A stretch of DNA of 64,000 bases from an uncultured Alphaproteobacteria bacterium (GCA_944392595.1 CALXXD010000004.1:33040-97039); one strand, 5' to 3'. Shown: positions 51,964-63,800, numbered from the stretch's first letter. Notes: a model not told the origin generated them from the sequence alone. Numbers and translations: made by a program.

Positions 51964-53376
51964 TTATTCCGCTTCATCTTCTGATAACGCATCACCCTCA
52001 TCCGATTCTGATGCGGCAATACTTTCTGGTGTTGCGGGGATTAAATCGGCGTGCGCCTGTAATTTAACCATCGCGCGCACCATATCCATCGCACGTTGCA
52101 ATTGGTAATCCAGCGCATCTTTTTCTTCATCTGTTAATTCTTTATCATCGTCATCAGATTTATCTTTATCCTTTTTCTCGGCTTCTTCATTTTTCAATGA
52201 ATTTTTGAAAGACGCCTCGGAATACAGACTTTCGCGCCGTTCCAAAACCTCTACTTTACTTTGCAGAACTTCTATATCCGGAGTAATGCCCTCGTTCTGG
52301 ATGGAACGCCCCGACGGTGTATAGTAACGCGCAATTGTAATATGTATCGCCGTACCATCCCCCAGTGGTTTTTGCTGTTGCACACTGCCCTTGCCGAACG
52401 ATTGAGACCCCATAACCAACGCGCGCCCATTATCCTGTAATGCACCTGCAACAATCTCGGACGCGGATGCAGACCCATGATTTATTAACACCACCACAGG
52501 TTTGCCATTTGCCAAATCGCCGGGCGCGGCAAAATTACGTTCTATATCAGTCGGTCGTTTGCCACGTGTTGAAACAATTTCGCCCGAATCCAAAAACGCA
52601 TCTGCCACATCGATTGCGGCGGTTAAATATCCGCCTGGGTTATTACGCACATCCAAGACATATCCGATAACGTCTTTGTCCTCTAACTTTTCCAGTGCTT
52701 TATTCAATTCTTTGGCGGTTGTCGCACCAAAATCAGATATACGAATATATCCGATTTTATCGGCATCTTCATCATCTTCGAACCCAGCCATCTTTTTTTC
52801 TTCAAACTTGACCGATTCCACTTTAATAATCGCACGTTTTAATGTAATTGTTCGCGGTTCTTCGCCTTCGGATATAACGGTTAATTTCACCTTGGTTCCG
52901 GGCCGCCCCTTCATTTTTTTAGTCGCCTGATTCAATGTTAAATCAAACACAGGCTCGTCATCAATGTGTGTGATATAATCGCCGGCCTTTATCCCCGCGC
53001 GTTCCGCCGGCGTATCATCAATCGGCGAAATCACGCGCACTGCGCCACGGTCGCTTGTAATTTGAATACCCAACCCGCCGAATTTGCCCAGTGATTTATC
53101 ATTAAATTCTTTGAAATCATCGGCCGACAAATAAGACGAATGCGGATCCAACGCCTGTAACATGCCATTCATTGCGGCTTCCAGCATTTTTTTCTCGTCC
53201 GCTTCTTCGACAAAATTATCACGCGCAGTTTCAAACACCAACGCCAATTTTTTCAACTGTTCGTAAATTTGTTCATCAGTCAAATGTTCCACAGGCTCGT
53301 CATCTTTGGCCTTGTCCGCGCCATACGCAACAACCGGCATTAACAAAGCCACCAAAACCAAGAATTTTTTCAACAT
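51964..53376 (-). CDS. ctpA: Carboxyl-terminal processing protease (S41)
   Basis: LDPHSSY, PDZ domain (GGLGI), LDVRNNPGG, SASASEI and FGKGSVQ motifs. Confidence 0.96.
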   Translation of the reverse strand: MLKKFLVLVALLMPVVAYGADKAKDDEPVEHLTDEQIYEQLKKLALVFETARDNFVEEADEKKMLEAAMNGMLQALDPHSSYLSADDFKEFNDKSLGKFGGLGIQITSDRGAVRVISPIDDTPAERAGIKAGDYITHIDDEPVFDLTLNQATKKMKGRPGTKVKLTVISEGEEPRTITLKRAIIKVESVKFEEKKMAGFEDDEDADKIGYIRISDFGATTAKELNKALEKLEDKDVIGYVLDVRNNPGGYLTAAIDVADAFLDSGEIVSTRGKRPTDIERNFAAPGDLANGKPVVVLINHGSASASEIVAGALQDNGRALVMGSQSFGKGSVQQQKPLGDGTAIHITIARYYTPSGRSIQNEGITPDIEVLQSKVEVLERRESLYSEASFKNSLKNEEAEKKDKDKSDDDDKELTDEEKDALDYQLQRAMDMVRAMVKLQAHADLIPATPESIAASESDEGDALSEDEAE

Positions 53377-53535
53377 TATGATTCCTTTCGTAACTGCATT
53401 AATATATCACCACCAACCATAGAACAAAATCCCCCGCCCCGCAAGCCCGTTTTTGAATATTTTACATACTGAAATTACACAAAAACTTGACAAAATTGTA
53501 TTTTGGGCTATATTTATAACAAAGCGGGGTATGCC

Positions 53536-54255
53536 ATGCGCAAAAGCGACATAAAAGAACAAATAGAATCAAACAAAGAAATCATCACCGAATTGTCTTC
53601 GGGCGCAAAGTCATGCACCCGGCTGAACAATATGGGTTGGATGCACAGTGAATTGATTCATGAAACTGAAACCTTGTTTCAATATCCGAACTATATGCCG
53701 CCCGAAGAAAAAGAATACCATCTGAATTACATACACATTGGCAATCTGGGACGCGCATGGAATTACATCACGCGTAACAAAAAAACGCCAATTGATAATT
53801 ATCAAATTCGCCAACTGCACCGTATTTTGTCAAAAAACACCGACATCAAAGGGGGCGAATACAGATTTTCAGACGCATTCATTGAACAATTACAATGTGA
53901 TGCGCCAACATATCATATAATGTTGCAACGGCTGGGCGACATTGAATATAACATCAACAATTCAAACATGCCTGTTTTAATACGTGCATTTAATACTCAT
54001 TTTGACATTGTTTATGCCCAACCATTCAATGATTTTAACAAACGTGTTGCACGCCTGACCATGAATTGGTTTTTAATGCAAAATAACTATACGCCAATAT
54101 TCTTTAACAAAAAATCAGACAACCGCGATTATATGGTTGCGCTGTACCATCGCGCACACGAAGATTATAAATCGTATTCGTATTACATGTACAAATGTAT
54201 GCTGCGCACACAAAAAGATATTATACAATTAATAAAAAAATCCAAGGGGATGTAA
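53536..54255 (+). CDS. Fic/Doc family protein with a non-canonical motif
   Basis: IRQLHRIL, GGEYR and QPFNDFNKRVAR (versus HPFxDGNGRxxR). Confidence 0.85.
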   Translation: MRKSDIKEQIESNKEIITELSSGAKSCTRLNNMGWMHSELIHETETLFQYPNYMPPEEKEYHLNYIHIGNLGRAWNYITRNKKTPIDNYQIRQLHRILSKNTDIKGGEYRFSDAFIEQLQCDAPTYHIMLQRLGDIEYNINNSNMPVLIRAFNTHFDIVYAQPFNDFNKRVARLTMNWFLMQNNYTPIFFNKKSDNRDYMVALYHRAHEDYKSYSYYMYKCMLRTQKDIIQLIKKSKGM

Positions 54256-54261
54256 TAATAT

Positions 54262-55188
54262 ATGACGTCAATCATCAAAAATCTTAAAAACCACGGCCGC
54301 GAAACGTATGCGGTTTATTATGGGGATGAATTCGTACTGAAACGCCCCCTGCCGACTTTTGATGAAGAAACAAAAAACAAATGGCTTGCAAAACAGCATC
54401 ACACAAAATCCATTATTGATGAAATTCGCGAAGTAAAAAATCCTTTATATAATATCCCGTCTATGAAATTCATCAATGACGAAGAATATCAGATTTTGGA
54501 AGAACGCGCCCCCGGCGTTCCATTGACATCTGATGTATATAACAGTCTTACCAAACGCCAACAATTTGAAATTATAAACAGCGTCGCCAGTTTCTTGGTT
54601 GATATGAACGAATTAAAACCCGTTGGTCCAACACAAAAATATCATATAAAATACGAGTTAAAATTCAATCGTCTGACTAATTTTATCGACAATAAAATGT
54701 CGTTGTGGTTCAATGCGGGCGAAGTAAAACAAATGGCGCGCATTCGGGATAAAATCGGTACATTTGAATACGAAACACGCACCGCTTGGTCGCACGCAGA
54801 CATCAATCCAGGCAACGTGTTATACGACCCGAACACCAGCAAAATTTCATTTATCGATTTTGCCGAAGCCGGGTATAAATACATATACCGTGATATTTTC
54901 GCACCATTGCAAATTGAACTGGATATTTACAAGCGCGTGTATGAGGTATATTGTAAATTACACGACAAAAATTTATACCCCATGCCCAGCCTTAAAAACG
55001 ACACTTTGCGCGAAATTATGAAATACCGCATTATGGTTGTTTGGTTGCGTCGATTTATCAAAGCATCCGATGATTTACGAATAAATCCATCCGGTAAAAA
55101 AAGCGCAGATAATAACACAGAAAAAATCGCCTTTATGCGCCAACAAATGCAGAACTTTATCGATTTGGAAAAACAAATCGCCCGATAA
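54262..55188 (+). CDS. APH/choline-kinase-like phosphotransferase
   Basis: GRE...VLKRP, HADINPGNVL and FIDF motifs. Confidence 0.85.
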   Translation: MTSIIKNLKNHGRETYAVYYGDEFVLKRPLPTFDEETKNKWLAKQHHTKSIIDEIREVKNPLYNIPSMKFINDEEYQILEERAPGVPLTSDVYNSLTKRQQFEIINSVASFLVDMNELKPVGPTQKYHIKYELKFNRLTNFIDNKMSLWFNAGEVKQMARIRDKIGTFEYETRTAWSHADINPGNVLYDPNTSKISFIDFAEAGYKYIYRDIFAPLQIELDIYKRVYEVYCKLHDKNLYPMPSLKNDTLREIMKYRIMVVWLRRFIKASDDLRINPSGKKSADNNTEKIAFMRQQMQNFIDLEKQIAR

Positions 55189-55200
55189 CGAACCGCTTTA

Positions 55201-56283
55201 TCAATCTTCTTCGCGGAACAAACGCGCCGGATCAACAGCTTTATCGCCACGACGAACTTCCAGATACATCTCGGACTTATCGGAATCCATACGCCCAATG
55301 GGCTCGCCGGCCAAAACCTCTTGCCCAACCATCACGCTTATTTCGCCCAAATTTGTCATAACGGTATTATATCCATTTTTATGCGACATAATAACCACCC
55401 GACCAAAGCCTTTGAATCTGTCGGCGAATTTGACTGTGCCATCCGCGGGCGCCATAACCAAAGCATCCCCACGCACACGAATACGCCATCCATCGGATTT
55501 CAATCCCAACGCAGATTTTTCACCGAAATGCACAACAACGCGCCCACGTACAGGCTTGTTCAATTTACGAATTGAAAAACGTGAATCACCCGACATTTCC
55601 GTACTCCCCACGCCGGCCATCAGTTCAGATATAGTCTTTGCACGCGCCGACAAATCGCGCAATTTTTTTTGCAAATCAGATTGCTGGTTTCGTAACTTTT
55701 GATTTTGCGCCGAACGCGTACGCAACAATTTATCCAGTTCGTCTTTTTCATCGGCGTAACGTTTGGCGGTTCGATCCAGTTTTTCTTTTTCGACGGCACG
55801 TGCATTGCGAATTTCTGCCAATTCACGAATCTGTTCGGTCGCGCGCGCAATTTCAGAATCAAAATTATCCGCCGCCCCAGATAATATCGCAGATGTCAAA
55901 ACATAATCCCGCATATTTTCAGAATCAAAATTTGGATGCGACGCAACGAATAAAATCGTCGCAGCAGCATCGGCAATTCGTTCCCGGTTTTGCTGTAATT
56001 CTGATTCCAACTTGTCACGTTGGGCGTCCAACTCTTGAATTTTTTTTGCAACTGCACTGCGTTGTTCTTCCAACACACTAACTTTATCGGCGGCGCGCAC
56101 CAATTTCTTTTTTGTGGAATCAATTTCACGCTGGGACGTTTTAACTTGCTGTGAAATTTTTTTATTTTGCTGTTCTGTTTTTTTAATTTGCGCCTGGATG
56201 TTGGCCAATTCGTTGGCGGCAACAGCCGGCTGGGTCGTCGCCATAAATCCAACCAACAAAACAGCAAATATTTTTTTCATCAA
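55201..56283 (-). CDS. envC: Murein hydrolase activator EnvC (coiled coil + degenerate M23)
   Basis: Signal peptide, long coiled coil, PVRG..FG, APADG and LAGEPIG.M. Confidence 0.88.
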   Translation of the reverse strand: MMKKIFAVLLVGFMATTQPAVAANELANIQAQIKKTEQQNKKISQQVKTSQREIDSTKKKLVRAADKVSVLEEQRSAVAKKIQELDAQRDKLESELQQNRERIADAAATILFVASHPNFDSENMRDYVLTSAILSGAADNFDSEIARATEQIRELAEIRNARAVEKEKLDRTAKRYADEKDELDKLLRTRSAQNQKLRNQQSDLQKKLRDLSARAKTISELMAGVGSTEMSGDSRFSIRKLNKPVRGRVVVHFGEKSALGLKSDGWRIRVRGDALVMAPADGTVKFADRFKGFGRVVIMSHKNGYNTVMTNLGEISVMVGQEVLAGEPIGRMDSDKSEMYLEVRRGDKAVDPARLFREED

Positions 56284-57497
56284 TTCCGTTTGATAACGCG
56301 CAAGAAAACCTTTTTCCCACGTTGAACCATAATTTCATCACGTGGCGCAATTTCAGATTGCCAATCTGCAACGCGTTCGCCATCGATTTGAATTCCGCCC
56401 TGCTGCACCATACGACGCGCCTCGGATTTAGAATCGAACATTTTTATCGCAACCAAAAAATCCAAGATTCCCATCGGCGCATCCATATCAATCTGGACAG
56501 ACGGAATATTTTCGGAATTTGTACCGCCCGCGAACAACGCGTCTGCCGCACTTTCCGCCGCCACAGCCGCATCACGCCCATGCGCAATTTCTGTTGCCGC
56601 GAATGCCAATATTCGTTTGGCAGAATTTAATTCTGCCCCCTGTAACTTTGCCAGACGCGCAATTTCGTCCAACGGAATTTCTGTAAAGATTTTCAAAAAT
56701 TTTTCCACCAAATCATCGGGCGTATTACGGAAATATTGATAATATTCGTATGGCGATGTTTTATCTTCATTCACCCAAACGGCATTTCCCGCAGATTTTC
56801 CAATCTTTTCACCCTTGGAATCTGTTATCAGCGATGTAGATAAAACAAATACCTCGCGTCCCAATTTTTTACGCACCAATTCGACGCCCATCACACTGTT
56901 TCCCCATTGGTCTGCGCCGCAAAATTGCAATGAACATCCATATTTTTTATACAAAGTTAAAAAATCCACTGCCTGGAAAGTCATATAATTAAATTCCAAA
57001 AACGTCATACCGTTTTCCAAACGTCTGCGCACACTTTCCATAGACAACATACGTGGCACGGTAAAATCGGCCCCAAATTCGCGCAAAAAATCCATGTGCC
57101 CGTAATTTTTCATCCAATCATAATTATCAACCATAATGGCATCAGTTTCGCCATCGCCGAACTTTATAAATTTAGATATGGACTTTCGCAACCCATCGCT
57201 GTTTTTCTTAATCAGTTCATCAGTCATCATGGGACGGCCCTTATCACGCCCAGATGGATCGCCAATACGTCCGGTTGCACCACCGACCAATAAAATAGGT
57301 TTATGTCCATATTTTTGGAACCAACGTATCAGCATTAACGACGCCAGATGCCCAACGTGCAACGAATCACCGGTCGGGTCAGTCCCCCAATATCCGACAA
57401 CGCGCCCAGCATTTAACGCGTCATCCAAACCATCCAAGTTAGACGATTGGTTAATAAAACCACGTGCATCAAGTTCTTGTAATAATTCACTTTTCAT
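56280..57497 (-). CDS. tyrS: Tyrosine--tRNA ligase
   Basis: DPTGDSLHVGH, GADQWGN, KIGKS and a C-terminal S4 domain. Confidence 0.98.
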   Translation of the reverse strand: MKSELLQELDARGFINQSSNLDGLDDALNAGRVVGYWGTDPTGDSLHVGHLASLMLIRWFQKYGHKPILLVGGATGRIGDPSGRDKGRPMMTDELIKKNSDGLRKSISKFIKFGDGETDAIMVDNYDWMKNYGHMDFLREFGADFTVPRMLSMESVRRRLENGMTFLEFNYMTFQAVDFLTLYKKYGCSLQFCGADQWGNSVMGVELVRKKLGREVFVLSTSLITDSKGEKIGKSAGNAVWVNEDKTSPYEYYQYFRNTPDDLVEKFLKIFTEIPLDEIARLAKLQGAELNSAKRILAFAATEIAHGRDAAVAAESAADALFAGGTNSENIPSVQIDMDAPMGILDFLVAIKMFDSKSEARRMVQQGGIQIDGERVADWQSEIAPRDEIMVQRGKKVFLRVIKRN

Positions 57498-57508
57498 TTT
57501 GTTATTCC

Positions 57509-57895
57509 TTAACGTATTTTGGATATTCGGTCATGTAAAAACAACCGTAAATTTTCAGAAACCCTGAATGACGGCGTAATTCCGCGCGCAGACAACGCAC
57601 GCACCAAAATGTATTGGAAATACATTTTATCCCGACCATCCATATAATTTGCAACAAAATTTTGCACAGCATAATCACTAAGCGGTTTCACACTTAATAT
57701 TACACGATTACGATAAGACCACGCGACATACATATTTGGAATTTTACCAAACGCGCGCACTTTGTCCCCGATTTTCATACCATCTGCAAAATAGTCCGGC
57801 GCGAATAAACTGGTCTCAGATTTATCCGACGCACGCATCCACACGCGCGCGCCATCAGCATTTTGCTTTATATTATAAATTTTATATTTTTTCAT
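57509..57895 (-). CDS. Hypothetical protein (ends ...ISKIR)
   Basis: GAGG SD before ATG 57895; 128 aa. Confidence 0.6.
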   Translation of the reverse strand: MKKYKIYNIKQNADGARVWMRASDKSETSLFAPDYFADGMKIGDKVRAFGKIPNMYVAWSYRNRVILSVKPLSDYAVQNFVANYMDGRDKMYFQYILVRALSARGITPSFRVSENLRLFLHDRISKIR

Positions 57896-58014
57896 AACAT
57901 TCCTCGACAAAACAAAAATACCATCAAAACCGCAATTTTTCCAGAAAAATAAATCAACCAATTACAAAAAATCCGACCAACGGCCGGATTTTTTTATAAC
58001 CAAATGCTTGCCAA

Positions 58015-58884
58015 TTATGACAACATTTTTGCGACTTCATCGGCCAGGTTATCTTCGCGTTTCTGGATACCTTCACCCAAAACGAAATAAGCAAATCCAG
58101 CCAATTTACCACCGGCTTCTTCGACAACCTGCTTAACAGTTTTAGACGGATCCATAACGAACGGCTGTTCTTCCAAAACAGTTTCGGCATAATATTTGTG
58201 GATACGCCCCTGAACCATTTTTTCAACAACTTGTTCTGGTTTTCCATCGGTTGCACCAGATTCAATAAACACTTTCTTTTCACGTTCCACGGCAACCGGA
58301 TCCACATCATCGATTGTCATAAATTCAGGCTTGTTCGCGGCAATATGCATTGCGACCTTGTTACCGATTTCATCAATTTTGTCCGAATCACCGTTTATCG
58401 CAACCACAACACCAATCTGACCCATGCCTGGCACCAAAGCATTGTGGATATAAGTGTAAATATGATCACCGGTAACTTTGGAAATACGGCGCAGATTCAT
58501 ATTTTCACCGATTGTGGAAATTGTCGCGGCAATATCGTCTTTGACTGCATCCATTGTCGCATCAAAATCGCCCTGCAATTCAGCGGCTTTGGCGGCAATA
58601 TCAGACACCAATTTTTGGAATTTATCATTTTTCGCCACGAAATCAGTTTCGGCATTAACCTCGACTACGCAACCCATATTGTCGCATTTAACAACGGTCA
58701 CCAATCCAGATGCCGCAACACGACCGGCCTTTGACGCAGCCTTTACAATACCCTTTTGACGCAACCAATCGGCAGCAGCCTCGATATCGCCATTATTTTC
58801 AACCAACGCTTTTTTACAGTCCATCATACCTGCGGATGTTTTTTCGCGCAGTTCTTGGATTAACTTTGCGGTTACTTCTGCCAT
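58015..58884 (-). CDS. tsf: Elongation factor Ts
   Basis: LREKTSAGMMDCKKAL, EVNAETDFVAKN and MHIAA motifs. Confidence 0.98.
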   Translation of the reverse strand: MAEVTAKLIQELREKTSAGMMDCKKALVENNGDIEAAADWLRQKGIVKAASKAGRVAASGLVTVVKCDNMGCVVEVNAETDFVAKNDKFQKLVSDIAAKAAELQGDFDATMDAVKDDIAATISTIGENMNLRRISKVTGDHIYTYIHNALVPGMGQIGVVVAINGDSDKIDEIGNKVAMHIAANKPEFMTIDDVDPVAVEREKKVFIESGATDGKPEQVVEKMVQGRIHKYYAETVLEEQPFVMDPSKTVKQVVEEAGGKLAGFAYFVLGEGIQKREDNLADEVAKMLS

Positions 58885-58958
58885 TATTTCCCCCATTATA
58901 AATATTGTTCAAATGTGGTGTCTGGGGCATGCCCCAAACACCGATTAATACCCAAAAA

Positions 58959-59816
58959 TTATTTATCAGCCTTTTCAGCCTTGTCCATTAATTTGCTGCG
59001 ACGTTCTGCGCGTGCTTCGGACATTTTGGATTTTTGCTGGGCTTCTTTGTCTTTGATGTCTGCTTCGAATTCATCGGCAACATCACTCATATCAGATTCA
59101 ACCTTTTTACCGGCCGCACCGCCCAAACGTTTTTCGATACCGGACAAAATCGCATCAACGAACAAATCGCAATACAATTGGGTCGCGCGCGCGGCATCAT
59201 CATTACCCGGCACAGGATAATCCACCAATTCAGGATTCGCATTCGTATCGCAAATCGCAATTGTCGGAATGTCCAGGATTTTCGCCTCGCGTACAGCATT
59301 GATTTCGCGTGGCACGTCAATCACAACCATTGCCTGGGGCACGCCGTGCATTTCCAAAATACCACCGAAAATATCGCGCAATTTTGCGACTTCTTTGGTC
59401 ATGATACCAACTTCTTTCTTGGTCAGACCCAATTTATCGGCATTTTCAATATCAGATTCCATCTTTTTCAGACGGCGAATAGATTGCGAAACCGTTGTCC
59501 AGTTTGTCAGCATACCACCCAACCAGCGATTATTGACATAGAATTGTCCGCAACGTTCGGCCGCATCTTTAACAATATCTTTGGCCTGATGCTTGGTGGC
59601 AACGAACAAGATTTTTCCACCGGCCGCGGCGATCGCTTCCAACGCGACCAGCGCACGATGCAACAACGGTGCAGTCTTGTTCAAATTAATAATATGAATT
59701 TTATCTTTGACGCCATAAACATACGGTGTCATCAACGGATTCCAGCGACGGGTGTGGTGACCAAAATGGACGCCAGCCTCCATCAACTGCTGCATAGTAA
59801 ATGTTGGCAAAGCCAT
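58959..59816 (-). CDS. rpsB: 30S ribosomal protein S2
   Basis: EAGVHFGH, RWLGGMLTN, DTNANP and PGNDDA motifs. Confidence 0.99.
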   Translation of the reverse strand: MALPTFTMQQLMEAGVHFGHHTRRWNPLMTPYVYGVKDKIHIINLNKTAPLLHRALVALEAIAAAGGKILFVATKHQAKDIVKDAAERCGQFYVNNRWLGGMLTNWTTVSQSIRRLKKMESDIENADKLGLTKKEVGIMTKEVAKLRDIFGGILEMHGVPQAMVVIDVPREINAVREAKILDIPTIAICDTNANPELVDYPVPGNDDAARATQLYCDLFVDAILSGIEKRLGGAAGKKVESDMSDVADEFEADIKDKEAQQKSKMSEARAERRSKLMDKAEKADK

Positions 59817-59960
59817 TGTAATATCCTTTGTTTTCTGTTGTTATCCTGGTCGTTCAAAAACCAAATTTTCATTTGGACAGAAAATCGTTTTAACGAACGA
59901 CTGTGTTTTTCACGCCGAAACGTGTAGCCCGATAATAGACCAAACCCGCGCAAAAATCAA
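59817..59960 (-). promoter_or_regulatory. rpsB promoter and structured 5' leader
   Basis: TTGATT-17-TATTAT (59960-59932); leader stem gtcgttc/gaacgac (59849-59855 / 59895-59901). Confidence 0.55.
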
Positions 59961-60009
59961 GAATATTTTAACATTTTTCAAATAAATAAATTCCCATCGC
60001 CAAATTCAA

Positions 60010-60630
60010 TTATTCACCCACACATTCGTCAGCTGGGTTTAATCCATTTTTATCGATAAATTTGGCCAAAGTATCCCTATGCACGCGCAACCGCCGTGCG
60101 ATAACAGTCTTTTTACCCCCATCGGCCAAACGTTGGGAAATATATTGTTCGCGCCCCTCCAATTTACATGCGCGCACGCACCCCTTTGATCGCCCGACAT
60201 GCTTGCCTTCGGCCTTGACACGGGCCAAAGCCTCTTTTGTGCGTTGTGAAATTAAATTTCGTTCAATTTCGGCGGACACCCCAAACGCAAACGCCAACAC
60301 TTTACTGGTAATATCGGTCCCCAATCGATAATTATCTTTGATTGTCCAAATTCGCGCACCAATATCCATACAATGGTGTAAAATACTCATAATTTGTAAC
60401 AAATTACGCCCCAGTCGCGATAGTTCAGACGCAATTATCATATCATCTTTTTGAATTCTTTTAAGCAGCCGCCCCAATTTACGTTTATTCAAATCCTTGG
60501 TTGCAGATATGGTTTCTGCTATCCAGCAATCAATTACCAATTCTTGCTTTTCGCAAAATTTTTTAATTTCGAAACGTTGATTTTCTGTTGTCTGGTGATC
60601 TGTCGAGACACGTATATAGCCGTATATCAT
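60010..60630 (-). CDS. Serine recombinase, Mpi (master DNA invertase) family
   Basis: MIYGYIRVST..Q..ENQRFEI...SELSRLGRNL...WTIKDNYRLG.DI.SKVLAFAFG.SAEIERNLISQRTKEAL plus a C-terminal HTH. Confidence 0.9.
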   Translation of the reverse strand: MIYGYIRVSTDHQTTENQRFEIKKFCEKQELVIDCWIAETISATKDLNKRKLGRLLKRIQKDDMIIASELSRLGRNLLQIMSILHHCMDIGARIWTIKDNYRLGTDITSKVLAFAFGVSAEIERNLISQRTKEALARVKAEGKHVGRSKGCVRACKLEGREQYISQRLADGGKKTVIARRLRVHRDTLAKFIDKNGLNPADECVGE

Positions 60631-60803
60631 TTAATACTCCTTTGTTTTGGCGAACACGTGCATTCCCGCCCCTCTGACCAAGACGCCCAAATTCAGACAA
60701 AAATCCTAGGATTTAAAATTTGTCGTGGCAAAATTTAATTATTTGACTTGCGATTTTGCGTTTTCATTTCTAATATTACCCCGTATGGGGAAAGGGGATA
60801 TTT

Positions 60804-63800
60804 ATGCAAAAGAAAAATAAATCCAAAAAAACGGTAAAACGCACACCAATATGGAAACGCGCGATTTTGTGGGCTGTGTCCGTATTTGTGGTAATTGCCA
60901 TTGCGACGGCAACGATAATTATGCTGACACAATCGGGTGACAAAACGCGTCTGAATGCAAACATATCATCCCCAAACGTGGCAACATTTACCGATGACAA
61001 TACAATGTTTTTTGCAACACAAAACTCTGTTCCCGAACCCAATAACGACCGAAATCTGACCACACCTGACGATATAATCATATCTTATAACTTGGATTCT
61101 GGGCCATACGCGCCAGCATTCAAAATGGGCATTACGAATGAAGATTTGCCAAACAAAATAAAAATCACGCCATTTATTCGTGGCGAATGGTATATATTGA
61201 ATGACAGCGCGATTGGATTTGCACCAAAAACATCTTGGCCGGCGGGTGAAACATTCACTGTTAAATTGGATTCAGATTTATTTAACGACGATGTAAAGAT
61301 TGACACAAATCGCGTAAAGTTCGAAACGCCAAACATCGCCGCCACGGTCGATAACTTTAACTTATACACCGCGCCCACCGATAAAAAATCTGTCGTTGCA
61401 GTTGCGGTAATTTCATTTAATTATCAAATCGACACCAAAAATTTCACGGATAAAATCTCGTTACGAACGGACGGCGACGACACAGATTTCATCGTCAAAT
61501 TCGACAGATTTCACCGCACTGCATTCATTATATCCGCCCCAATTAAAATAACCGACACGCCACAAAATGTGCGCCTGAAAATAAACAGAATACCGGCCGC
61601 ATCCGGTGACAGTAAAACTGAAAAATTAACGGCCAACGTAACGATTGAATCCGCTGATAACATATTCAAAATTCAATCCATACAAACCAACATCGTAAAT
61701 CTGGATGACGGCAATTCGCAACAGTTAATATTACTGGACACCACGACCGCCGCGCAAAGCAATATTGATTGGTCAAAATATCTAACTGTGTATTTATTGC
61801 CCGAATATCGCGACGACGATGAACGCAACAACGAACAAATCCACAATTGGAAAAACGACGAAATAACGGACGAAGTTATATCACAATCACAAAAACTGGA
61901 CATCAAATCCGTTGATTTTGCCACCCCAAATGGCGTGCATCAATATGCGTTTTCTTATGCTGTATCAGACGATAACAATCGCGACATATACATTGAATTA
62001 AAACCGGGCGCAGTATCAGCAAATGGATTTACCATGAAAAATGGTATGAACACTGTATTGTGTGTTCCATATTTGCCAAAATCCGTTGAAATTGCGGGTT
62101 CCGGGGCGCTGTTGTCACTGTCAGGCGACCAAAAACTGGGATTGGTTGCACGCGGTGGCGCGGATATGGCGTATGTAAATTTATACAAAGTCAAATCATC
62201 TGAAATTAATCATTTAATATCCCAGACTTATAATGTATTTGCCGATGCGATGGCATTCAAATCTTGGGCATTTGGCGCATACGATATGTCGGTGGTGTTT
62301 CAAAAACAAATACCGTTCGCATCCACATCCAGAACGCGCGCGAATTACGCATCGATTGACTTGGGCGATTATCTGACGCGCACATACGGCGACAACACAG
62401 GCATATTTATAATTCAAACCGGCACATCTGAAAACGCAGCCGAATACAATGACAAACGTTTAATTTTATTAACTGATTTGGGAATAATTCGCAAAACAAA
62501 TCTGGACGGGTCATCGGTTGTATTTGTATCGAACCTTGGGGACGGCACACCCGCATCAGACACAGAAATATCAGTACTGGGGCGGAACGGCAATGCGGTC
62601 TGGGCGGGGCGCACAGACGGCGACGGGCGCGCAAATATTCCGTCACTGCCGTGGTCCGAATACAGAAATTCACGCGAACCGGTTGCAATTGTGGCCCGTC
62701 GCGGCAATGATGTTTCGTTCATTCCGTATAACGCGTATGACCAACGTGTGGAATATTCTAAATTCGACGTTGATGGCACTTACGCGGTCGCGACAAATCC
62801 GCTGAACGCGTACGTATTTTCAGACCGCGGCATATACCGCCCGGGCGAAGAAATAATTATAGGCGGCATAATTAAAAATAAATCATTCAAATCATTATCC
62901 GGCATTCCTGTGCGACTGCAAATTTTCGACCCACGTGGCCGCTTGGCGTTTGAAAAGACTTTTTCATTAACATCCGATGGTATGTTTGATGAAACGTATA
63001 ACATTCAAAATGGCGCGCCTTTGGGCACTTGGACGGCATACGTATATTCATTAACGTCGAATAATAATTTGAATGATATGCTGGGGATGATGAATTTCGA
63101 AGTCCAAGAATTCACCCCAGACACAATGAAAATCAATGCGCAAATTGCGGGCGCATCCAATAACGGTGGATGGATTTCGCCCGATAATTTAAGTGCATCT
63201 GTATCTTTGCGTAATATGTTTGGCACACCTGCGACGGGACGTCGTATATCTGCATACGCGACATTAACACCAACCGAATATTCATTCGATAAATTTCAGG
63301 GCTATAAATTTACACCGAATTTTATATCCGGCACAGGATTATCAGAAAACACCGCACGCCACAATCAAACTTATTCGGTTGAAATCCAAGACGTTACAAC
63401 CGATGACAAAGGCGTCGCAAAATTCGATATTAATTTCAATCAAACAATTCCATCGGGGACATACACATTAACACTGAACGTACGCGGGTTCGAATCAAAC
63501 AGTGGCCGCAACGTTCAAACCAACATAACGGCCCACGCGTCAAACGCAAAATACTTGTTGGGATGGCGCGCAAATGGTGATTTGGGATATATTAATCGCA
63601 ACGCATCACGCATGGTAAATATCGTCGCCGTTGATCACACTGCGACACCGACCGCCGCCAACGGATTAACCATGCGCGTAATCCAGCGCGAAAACCAAAC
63701 CACTTTGGTCAAAGATTACAGCAACACATACAAATACCAAACAATCACGCGCAACAAAATAATATCACAACGTCAAATAGACATCCCTTCAAATGGATTG

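Noticed and set aside
59849-59901. Invertible promoter formed by the gtcgttc/gaacgac inverted repeat
   Set aside because: Only about 40 bp lies inside, the promoter is outside the repeat, and an rpsB leader stem is the simpler explanation
59034-59927. Long antisense ORFs (also 1405..2163, 35085..35819 and others)
   Set aside because: Shadows of well-supported genes on the opposite strand
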